Shown here: piece after piece, positions 7,378 through 15,035 of the stretch
How positions within the stretch are numbered: position 1 is the stretch's first letter
How the letters are laid out: every line of letters begins with the position of its first letter
DNA from: a virus
DNA length: 34,780 nt
Strand: one strand, 5' to 3'
Virus record (IMG/VR): IMGVR_UViG_3300045988_034891
Span: 1 to 34,780 of that record
Notes under the pieces: model-generated
The model's database searches: none
Seen by the model: only the letters and a program-made list of their open reading frames with translations
What the model was told of the DNA's origin: nothing
Program-made: the position numbers and the translations under genes

Positions 7378-9034
7378 CGTATATGTGAATTACATTGTCG
7401 AGTATTACGACAAAATCGAACGCGGGAAGATCATAGCGGGAAAATGGATAAAGAAAATTTATAAAATCATAGTTGACGGCATAAAATCCGGCGACTGGGA
7501 TTTTGATGCAAAGAAAGCAAATAAAGCGATCCAGTTTATCGAAAATTTTTGCCACCACTCAAAGGGGCGGAATGACCTTTTCAAGTTGGAGCTATGGCAG
7601 AAAGCTATTATTTCGGCGATATTCGGAATACTGGATAAAAAGACGCACCGACGGCAGTTCCGGGAAATCTTTCTTCTGGTCGGACGTAAAAACGGGAAAA
7701 GTCTTTTTGCGGCTGCAATTATGGCATACGTGGCGTATATCGACGGAGAATACGGCAGCGAATTATATTGCCTTGCGCCGAAACTGGATCAGGCCGATAT
7801 CGTGTACGACAGTTTTTACAAGATCACGCAAGCAGAAGAAGAACTGGCAGAAGTGACGAAGAAGCGGCGTTCTGATATCTACATAGCGGAATTAAACACC
7901 ACAATCAAAAAGATTGCATTCAACGCAAAGAAGGCGGACGGATTCAACCCGACCATGACAACAAACGACGAAATGGAAGCATGGCCGGGCGATCAGGGCT
8001 TGAAGCAGTACGAAGTTATGGTATCAGGTACAGGAGCGCGAACAGAGCCGATCACGCTTTCTACATCAACCGCCGGATATGTCAACGACGGAATCTTCGA
8101 CGAACTGATGAAGCGATCAACAGCTTTCTTGAAAGGATCGAGCAAAGAAAGACGCTTGCTTCCATTCCTGTACATGATCGACGATCTGGAAAAGTGGAAC
8201 ACAAAAGAAGAACTGGCAAAAGCTAACCCAAATTTAGGTGTTTCGGTTCAGTGGGAATTCTTCGAAGAACAGATCGCGATCGCGCTACAGTCGTTATCAA
8301 AAAAAGCGGAATTCATGACGAAGTATTGCAACATCAAGCAAAATTCTTCGATTGCATGGCTTGACTATGAGACGGTAGCGAAGGCAGCAGGACAACCGTA
8401 TACACTAGACGACTTCCGGGGTTGCTATTGCGTGGCCGGTATCGACCTTTCGCGAACAACCGACCTGACAGCCGTTTCACTGGTTATCGAAAAGGGCGGG
8501 AAGAATCATATCATCACACAATTTTTCATGCCACAGGAACGCTACAACGTGGCGATCAACGAAGAAGGCGTCCCGTACAACATTTTCAAAGAACAGGGTT
8601 ATCTCACGATATCGGGAGAACATCAGGTAAATTACAAAGACGTGTTCGCGTGGTTCGTGCGCCTGATAAAAGAATACAAGATTCGGCCGTTGAAAGTCGG
8701 CTATGACAGATATTGCGCGGGTTATCTAGTGGAAGAAATGAAAGAAGCAGGCTTCCACATGGACGACGTATATCAGGGAACGAACCTGACGCCCGTATTA
8801 AATACTTTCGAAGGAGATTTGAAAGACGGAATGTATTTGATCGGAGAAAATAACCTGTTAAAATCACACCTGTTAAACGTGGCCGTCCAGATCCAGACAG
8901 ACGACAGCAGAATGAAACCTGTCAAGATCGAAAAGCGGGCACACATTGACGGTGCGGTATCGATCTTCGATGCACTGGCTGTAAAAATGAAATATCACAA
9001 GGAAATCGGCAGACAATTACAGAATGCAGCATAA
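7370..9034 (+). CDS. terL: Terminase large subunit
   Basis: 554 aa with Walker A-like LLVGRKNGKS. Size and order are typical of Terminase_1/HK97-type TerL. Confidence 0.93.
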   Translation: MHNVYVNYIVEYYDKIERGKIIAGKWIKKIYKIIVDGIKSGDWDFDAKKANKAIQFIENFCHHSKGRNDLFKLELWQKAIISAIFGILDKKTHRRQFREIFLLVGRKNGKSLFAAAIMAYVAYIDGEYGSELYCLAPKLDQADIVYDSFYKITQAEEELAEVTKKRRSDIYIAELNTTIKKIAFNAKKADGFNPTMTTNDEMEAWPGDQGLKQYEVMVSGTGARTEPITLSTSTAGYVNDGIFDELMKRSTAFLKGSSKERRLLPFLYMIDDLEKWNTKEELAKANPNLGVSVQWEFFEEQIAIALQSLSKKAEFMTKYCNIKQNSSIAWLDYETVAKAAGQPYTLDDFRGCYCVAGIDLSRTTDLTAVSLVIEKGGKNHIITQFFMPQERYNVAINEEGVPYNIFKEQGYLTISGEHQVNYKDVFAWFVRLIKEYKIRPLKVGYDRYCAGYLVEEMKEAGFHMDDVYQGTNLTPVLNTFEGDLKDGMYLIGENNLLKSHLLNVAVQIQTDDSRMKPVKIEKRAHIDGAVSIFDALAVKMKYHKEIGRQLQNAA

Positions 9035-9061
9035 GAGAGGGCGCGCCCTCTCTCTTTTTTG
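9035..9061 (+). terminator. Rho-independent terminator
   Basis: Perfect GC-rich palindrome GAGAGGGCG/CGCCCTCTC followed by TCTTTTTTG. Confidence 0.7.
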
Positions 9062-9070
9062 CGTCCGAAA

Positions 9071-9105
9071 ACAGGTCAGAAATGAACGCACTTAAAAGAT
9101 AAACT
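9071..9105 (+). promoter_or_regulatory. Candidate late promoter 2: ACAGGTCAGAAATGA, then 14 nt, then TAAACT
   Basis: Second copy of the motif, directly after the terL terminator and upstream of the portal gene. Confidence 0.5.
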
Positions 9106-9161
9106 GAACTGTGAATAAAGCCGAAAGGGGGTAGAACGAAACGGGAATATTAAAAGATTTT

Positions 9162-10445
9162 GTGACATTCCGCAAAATGAAGTTTAGTCCGATTTTCACA
9201 ATCCGGGGCGAATACAACGCGTCGGCGGATATGGACGCAAGCGATATCATCGGATCAATAACAAACTGTATCGCAACGAACGTCGGAAAACTGACACCGC
9301 AGTTGATTCGCACAGATTCGCGCGGAATGATGATTCGCGACGATTATCTGGCGAAACTTCTTTCCTTGCGTTGGTCGCCGGAATTGTCCGTATACGACGC
9401 ACTGTACAAAATGGCGGCGCAGCTTGTCAGAAAATCCAATGCATTCGCAGTGATTTTTTACAATGACGATTTTTCCAAAGTCAAAAGCATTGTGCCAATC
9501 ACGACACGTGGGTTCAGAGTGTGGGAAGACGAAGAAACCGGAGCAATGTTATTCCGGTTCACGTGGGACTACGACGGGAAGATCTACACGGTCCCGTATC
9601 AATCCGTGATCCACCTGAAAGCAAGATTCGACAGAAAGCGTTTTTTAGGATCTGAACCAGATCCGGCATTAAAAAACACACTGGAATTACTGGACGCAAC
9701 CGGACAGGCATTGCGGAATCTGGTTAAAAATTCCGCCAACCTGAAAGGTTATTTGAAATACAACAACTTTGCGGACGACGAAGAACTGAAAAAGAAAGTA
9801 AAAGAATTTCAGGAAGCATACATGGACGCGAGCAACGAAGGCGGACTGGGCGGACTGGATAACACAATGGAATTTCACGAAATCAACCAGAAAGCCCCAA
9901 CTATTCCGACGCTGCAATCACAGTTTTTACGCGATAACGTATACCGCTATTACAACGTGAACGAAAATATTTTAATGTCAAAATTTTCAGAATCAGAGTG
10001 GAACGCATTTTACGAAAGCGTGATCGAACCGATAGCCCTTCAATTATCACTTGAATTCACATTCAAATTACTGACGGAGCGGGAAAGAGGATTCGGAAAC
10101 AAGATCATATTTTCTTCAAATCGTTTACAGTATGCGACATTGCAGACACGATCATCAATCGGAGCGGTTCTGTATGACCGAGGAATTATCACAATCAACG
10201 AATTCCGCGAACTTCTCTACTATGAGCCGATCGAAGACGGCGACGTGAGAATGGTTTCACTCAACTATGTAAAGGCGGACGATCAATCACTGTACCAGAC
10301 AGGGCAGCAGAACGGAAGCGGCGGCAATGGACCACCGGAAGGCGAAAGACAGCAGCAGGCGGCGAAAGTACCGCTTGAAATGCTAATGAACGCTATCTAT
10401 GTACAAGCAAAACTGAAAGGGGGTAGACAATGGCGGACGTATTAA
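9162..10445 (+). CDS. Portal protein (HK97 family)
   Basis: 427 aa, positioned after terL. The start is uncertain: GTG at 9162 or ATG at 9177, and the strong SD at 9124-9131 has no canonical in-frame start behind it. Confidence 0.85.
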   Translation: MTFRKMKFSPIFTIRGEYNASADMDASDIIGSITNCIATNVGKLTPQLIRTDSRGMMIRDDYLAKLLSLRWSPELSVYDALYKMAAQLVRKSNAFAVIFYNDDFSKVKSIVPITTRGFRVWEDEETGAMLFRFTWDYDGKIYTVPYQSVIHLKARFDRKRFLGSEPDPALKNTLELLDATGQALRNLVKNSANLKGYLKYNNFADDEELKKKVKEFQEAYMDASNEGGLGGLDNTMEFHEINQKAPTIPTLQSQFLRDNVYRYYNVNENILMSKFSESEWNAFYESVIEPIALQLSLEFTFKLLTERERGFGNKIIFSSNRLQYATLQTRSSIGAVLYDRGIITINEFRELLYYEPIEDGDVRMVSLNYVKADDQSLYQTGQQNGSGGNGPPEGERQQQAAKVPLEMLMNAIYVQAKLKGGRQWRTY

Positions 10446-11197
10446 AAGGGCTTGAAATCAAAAATATGACCGACATTTCCGCAGATCTCTACTTTTACGG
10501 CGATATCGTGTCGGACTGGTGGGGAGCATGGCAGAACGAAGATCAGTACCCGGACGCAATCAAGAATTTTCTTTCACAGGCAGAAGGAAAAGACTTGAAT
10601 GTATATGTTAATTCCGGCGGCGGATCAGTGTTCGCAGGAATGGCGATCTACAACATGATTAAACGCCACGGAGAAAAAAACAAAGTAAAAGTATACGTTG
10701 ACGGCTTGGCCGGTTCGATTGCATCTGTAATCGCATTCGCAGGAACAGAACCGCCGGAAATCCCGTCAAACGCATTTTTGATGATTCACAAGCCATGGGG
10801 CGCAATTTCCGGGAATGCGGACGAAATGCGAAAAATGGCGGACGATCTGGATAAAGTACAAACCGGGATCATGAACGTATACGAAGATCATCTGGCGGAA
10901 GGCGTCACGATCGATCAGGTGAAAGCACTGGTAGACGCGGAAACATGGTTGGACGGAAAGGAAGCGGCGAAGTATTTCAATATCGCACAGACTGACGCGG
11001 CCGATTACGTGGCAGCAGTCGGAGACTATTTGACCTACGCCGGAAAGTTGCCGGAAAAATTCAAATCACACCAGAAACAGCCGGAGCAGACACCAAAGGG
11101 GCCTACACCGGAAGAACAGGCGAAAGCGGCAGCAGACGCCGAAAAAAGAAACCAGATAAAAAGATTATGTATCGAGGGAATGACGAAAGGAGAATAA
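10430..11197 (+). CDS. ClpP-like (S14) prohead maturation protease
   Basis: VNSGGGSVFAG, GLAGSIAS (catalytic Ser context) and MIHKPW (His) motifs. Located between portal and capsid. Confidence 0.88.
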   Translation: MADVLKGLEIKNMTDISADLYFYGDIVSDWWGAWQNEDQYPDAIKNFLSQAEGKDLNVYVNSGGGSVFAGMAIYNMIKRHGEKNKVKVYVDGLAGSIASVIAFAGTEPPEIPSNAFLMIHKPWGAISGNADEMRKMADDLDKVQTGIMNVYEDHLAEGVTIDQVKALVDAETWLDGKEAAKYFNIAQTDAADYVAAVGDYLTYAGKLPEKFKSHQKQPEQTPKGPTPEEQAKAAADAEKRNQIKRLCIEGMTKGE

Positions 11198-11204
11198 AGC
11201 GACA

Positions 11205-12422
11205 ATGAAACATGAAGAACTTGTGAACATGAACATGAAAGACCTGAAAGCAAGACTGAAAGAGATCGGCACACAGGCACAGACAGCAGAAGGCGAAGCA
11301 CTGGACGCCCTGACAACCGAAGCTGAAGACATTAACGGCATTTTGCAGGACATTCAGAACCGCGCAAATATCGCGGGACTGGCAGCGCAGGCGGGCGACG
11401 ATCACGACGACACACCGGGAGAGAAAGGCGACGACGTGAAGAATAAAAAACGTGAAGAAAGAGGACGGAGCCTGAAAGACGGAAAGACAGTACAGTTCAA
11501 CGCAAAAGTAGCGTTCGGATCTGTACAGAATGCGCTTTCTGTCACACAGGCAGTCACACCAAAACACACCGCGAGCGACGTAAAAGAGACATTCAACGAC
11601 GTTTCCTCACTGGTGGATCGCGTCAGAGCAATTCCGTTAAATGGCGGCGAAACATATCAGAGAGGATATGTAAAAAGCTACGGCGACGGCGCAGGAAGCA
11701 CAGCCGAAAGCACAGACTATAGCGCAACAGAACCGACATTCGGCTATGTAACCATGGAAAAACAGAAGATCACAGCATACACAGAAGAACCAGAAGAAAT
11801 GGTTAAACTTCCGAACGCTGATTATGATTCTGTAGTAGAAGGATCTGTCACGCGCGCAATCAGAAAGTACATGAATCGACAGATCATGATTGGGGACGGT
11901 ACAAGCGGAAAATTCAAAGGCATTTTCTACAACCCGACAAAAGCAGCCGATCAGGTTATCGATCCAACAACAGACCTTTCTATGAAGGCGATTACAGACG
12001 AAACACTGGACGATATTATCTATGGTTACGGCGGAGACGAGGAAGTGGAAGACGTTGCCGTTCTGATCCTGAACAAAAAGGATCTGAAAGCATTTGCGAA
12101 ACTGAAAGATAAACAGGGACGCAAATTCTACACAATCGTAAATCACGGAAACACCGGAACGATTGACGGCGTACCATACGTTATCAATTCCGCTTGTAAA
12201 GCTGTGACAGATGAACAGACTTCAACGGCTGAATACTGCATGGCGTATGGACCGCTTAGCAACTACGAAATGCCGATCTTCTCTGATATCGACGCGAGAA
12301 AATCAACCGATTACAAATTCAAACAGGGACAGATCGCATACAGAGCAGACATTTTCGCGGGCGGTGCGGTTGCCGCATATAACGGATTTATCCGCGTGAA
12401 ACGACAGGAAACAGGAAAATAA
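11205..12422 (+). CDS. Major capsid protein, HK97 family, with an N-terminal coiled-coil delta/scaffold domain
   Basis: 405 aa. Position, size and the helical N-terminal ~100 aa preceding a mixed alpha/beta body all fit. Confidence 0.85.
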   Translation: MKHEELVNMNMKDLKARLKEIGTQAQTAEGEALDALTTEAEDINGILQDIQNRANIAGLAAQAGDDHDDTPGEKGDDVKNKKREERGRSLKDGKTVQFNAKVAFGSVQNALSVTQAVTPKHTASDVKETFNDVSSLVDRVRAIPLNGGETYQRGYVKSYGDGAGSTAESTDYSATEPTFGYVTMEKQKITAYTEEPEEMVKLPNADYDSVVEGSVTRAIRKYMNRQIMIGDGTSGKFKGIFYNPTKAADQVIDPTTDLSMKAITDETLDDIIYGYGGDEEVEDVAVLILNKKDLKAFAKLKDKQGRKFYTIVNHGNTGTIDGVPYVINSACKAVTDEQTSTAEYCMAYGPLSNYEMPIFSDIDARKSTDYKFKQGQIAYRADIFAGGAVAAYNGFIRVKRQETGK

Positions 12423-12445
12423 GAAACAGAAAGGACGGCTAAACA

Positions 12446-12730
12446 ATGACCTACAATGAACTTGTGGACGCAGCAAAATTACGCGTCCGAAAACTTTCAA
12501 AAGATGCATTGGACGAAGACGTGAAAACCCACGTCGATTTCGTATTGGCAGACCTGAAAAGAATCGGGGTAAATGAAGAAAAGTATCTGAAAGCCCCGGA
12601 AGATCCGTTAATCATTGGGGCCGTCCTTGCGTATGTCAAAGCATATTACGGAATGGACGCATACCACGACAAATGGTTAGCGGCCTACGATATGCATTTA
12701 ACCAGAATCAAAGGGGGCGACTACAAATAG
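12446..12730 (+). CDS. Head-tail connector (gp6-like)
   Basis: 94 aa, directly after the capsid gene, with a typical N-terminus (MTYNELVDAAKLRVR...). Confidence 0.65.
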   Translation: MTYNELVDAAKLRVRKLSKDALDEDVKTHVDFVLADLKRIGVNEEKYLKAPEDPLIIGAVLAYVKAYYGMDAYHDKWLAAYDMHLTRIKGGDYK

Positions 12731-13008
12731 ACGCATATATCACACTGGTTGAACCGGGCGAAACCAAAGAAGAAGACGTCAAAAACGGCGTGATCGCAAC
12801 CGTTGAACCGATCGGGCGTGATGAATTTGTGGCAGCAGGACAAAAGGGCATGAAAGCCCGCCATAAGTTCGACGTATGGGCCAATGAATACAACGACGAA
12901 CAGGAAGTTGAATTCAACGGTCACCGTCTAACGATATACCGAAGTTATGGTCCGAAAGCGGACGGAAAGATCGAACTGTACGCCGGAGAAAGGGCGGGCA
13001 ATACATGA
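12673..13008 (+). CDS. Head closure / head-tail adaptor protein (start uncertain)
   Basis: Position and size fit. The C-terminal ...FNGHRLTIY... pattern fits. An AAGGGGG SD at 12709 has no canonical start codon after it. Confidence 0.55.
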   Translation: MVSGLRYAFNQNQRGRLQIDAYITLVEPGETKEEDVKNGVIATVEPIGRDEFVAAGQKGMKARHKFDVWANEYNDEQEVEFNGHRLTIYRSYGPKADGKIELYAGERAGNT

Positions 13009-13403
13009 TTGTAAAAATTGAAGCAGAAGATTTACCCAAAGAGGTCGTAAAACAACTGGAAAATTGGGGCGGCGGAGAATTAAGAAAAAAACTAAACGTT
13101 GCAATAAAAGAAACAGCGATACAAGGCGAAAGGATACTGCAAGAAAGCAGTCCACAACGAACTGGAAAATACGCGAGAAGTTGGGAAGCTACGCTACGAA
13201 GAAAGCAGTATTCGGCCATAACGGGCTTAGAGCAATGGAGTATCAGGAACAAAAATCGCTATCAGATAACGCACTTACTGGAAAATGGACATGCCAGCAG
13301 GAACGGCGGACGAGTAAAAGCGTACGAACACATAAAGCCGGCCAACGACCTTGTAGAGCAGTTAGCAATATCCAACGCTAACAAGAAATTATCGGAGGAA
13401 TGA
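13005..13403 (+). CDS. HK97 gp10-family tail component
   Basis: RTGKYARSW and LLENGHA motifs typical of the gp10 family. Confidence 0.7.
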   Translation: MIVKIEAEDLPKEVVKQLENWGGGELRKKLNVAIKETAIQGERILQESSPQRTGKYARSWEATLRRKQYSAITGLEQWSIRNKNRYQITHLLENGHASRNGGRVKAYEHIKPANDLVEQLAISNANKKLSEE

Positions 13404-13405
13404 TA

Positions 13406-13750
13406 ATGCCAACGATTGAAGAAATCATCACAAGAGCAACGGCGATCGGGCTTCCGATCACGAAGAACGCATGGAAAAAGACGGCGAAAAAGCCAGTCCC
13501 TGATCCGCCGTATATAGTTTACCTAGTCAACGAAAGCCAGAGGGGCAACGACAAAAAGAACACGATCCGTGAAATTGACGGATCACTGGAACTATACACA
13601 GACAGAACGCCAGACGAATCACTGGAAAGACAGATTGAAAAAGAAGTTCTTTCTGATTTGCCTTTCGAAAAATATCAAGCTGATATTACTTCTGAAAACA
13701 TGGTTCAGACGGCGTACGAATTCAATATCACACAGAAAGGAAGAAAATAA
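13406..13750 (+). CDS. Tail terminator/completion-like protein
   Basis: GGAGGA SD 7 nt before the ATG at 13406. Sits directly upstream of the major tail protein. Confidence 0.5.
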   Translation: MPTIEEIITRATAIGLPITKNAWKKTAKKPVPDPPYIVYLVNESQRGNDKKNTIREIDGSLELYTDRTPDESLERQIEKEVLSDLPFEKYQADITSENMVQTAYEFNITQKGRK

Positions 13751-13752
13751 AA

Positions 13753-14358
13753 ATGGCAGAGACAGAAAGAATTATTCTCGGATCTGGAAACGTCCACATG
13801 AAATTGTTTGACGGGAATCTGCCGTCGGTTGATGAAATTTGCACAGACGAAAATCAGATCTCATACATTCAGGGCGGCGCAACGATTGAGTACAAGCCGA
13901 CATACTACACGGCTAAAGACGATACAAGAAAAATCCAAAAAACAGTTATCACAGACGAAGAAGCAACTTTAAAAAGCGGCTTAATGACATTTTGCGGAAA
14001 CACGCTTGAAAAGATCTGTGATACCGCCCGCGTAAGCTACACGGAAAAGACTTCGACCAAAAAGAAAAGAAGAATTGTAAAGGTCGGCGGCGGAAACAAT
14101 CAGGGCAGAAAAAAATATGTAATTTGTTTCCATCACGAAGATCCGGTGGACGGCGATATCTGGGTAATGATTGTCGGAAACAATCAGGCTGGTTTTTCTC
14201 TTGCGTTCGCAAACGACAAAGAAACGGTCGTGGACGCGGAATTCACGGCATTACCACAGGACAAGGAAGGAACATTGATTCACTACGAAGAAGAAGTTCT
14301 GGAAGATACGCAGAGTTTAAGCGATACAACCGAACAGAAAGCGGTCGCGGACGAATAA
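13753..14358 (+). CDS. Major tail protein
   Basis: 201 aa, positioned before the chaperone/TMP genes and followed by a strong hairpin. Confidence 0.7.
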   Translation: MAETERIILGSGNVHMKLFDGNLPSVDEICTDENQISYIQGGATIEYKPTYYTAKDDTRKIQKTVITDEEATLKSGLMTFCGNTLEKICDTARVSYTEKTSTKKKRRIVKVGGGNNQGRKKYVICFHHEDPVDGDIWVMIVGNNQAGFSLAFANDKETVVDAEFTALPQDKEGTLIHYEEEVLEDTQSLSDTTEQKAVADE

Positions 14359-14378
14359 AACAGATAAAAACAAACACA

Positions 14379-14411
14379 AGGCGGCGTACAGACAAAAACG
14401 CCGCCTTTTTC
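14379..14411 (+). terminator. Rho-independent terminator/attenuator after the major tail gene
   Basis: AGGCGGCGT ... ACGCCGCCT stem followed by TTTTT. Confidence 0.7.
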
Positions 14412-14427
14412 AGAAGGAGAAAAGACA

Positions 14428-14757
14428 ATGGCGAACATGAACTTTGATTTCAATAAAATCCAGAGAAGTTTTTTTAAAACGACATTAAAAGACGGTAGAG
14501 AACTGGTTGTAAAAATGCCGATGAAAAAAACTTTTGAAAAAATTACGGCGGCACAGGAAATGGATCTGGAAGAAATGTCGGTAGCAGATGCGATGGACAC
14601 ACTGGGCGCAATATGTGCGGAAGTGCTGTCAAACAACCTGAATAAAGAAAAAATCACAATGAAATACATGACTGACAATTACGACACAGAAGAAATGGGC
14701 GAATTTATAAAAGGATTTATGAACTTTGTAAAAGGAGTAAAAGCAGACCCAAACTAA
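14428..14757 (+). CDS. Tail assembly chaperone (gpG-like)
   Basis: Positioned between the major tail protein and the tape measure. Ends with a slippery heptamer. Confidence 0.7.
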   Translation: MANMNFDFNKIQRSFFKTTLKDGRELVVKMPMKKTFEKITAAQEMDLEEMSVADAMDTLGAICAEVLSNNLNKEKITMKYMTDNYDTEEMGEFIKGFMNFVKGVKADPN

Positions 14758-15035
14758 TTATACCGTTCTATGACGATCCGAACGCAAAGGAAATTCGTTA
14801 CAAACCAAAAACAAACGCCGAAAAAATGGTAGCGAAATACACGGGGCTTAATTTTTGGGAAGTGGAAGAATTAGATCTTGACGTTTATTTGTTCATGGCG
14901 CGGGAATCGGTAATTTATTTTAATTCGCAGACGGAATCAGGGCGGGAATACCTTGAAAACTGTTGGAGAATGACGCAGACGAAGCCGGATCGGCAGCAGT
15001 TGCGAGAAAAATTCGGAAAGAAAGGGGGAGAGTAA
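14428..15035 (+). CDS. Tail assembly chaperone frameshift product (gpGT-like; 14428..14754 joined to 14754..15035)
   Basis: The -1 frame downstream encodes protein-like sequence (LIIPFYDDPNAKEIRYKP...) and ends 1 nt before the TMP start. Confidence 0.65.
14748..14754 (+). promoter_or_regulatory. -1 programmed ribosomal frameshift heptamer C CCA AAC
   Basis: X XXY YYZ in the G frame, directly before the TAA. The -1 frame stays open from before this site to 15035. Confidence 0.7.
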
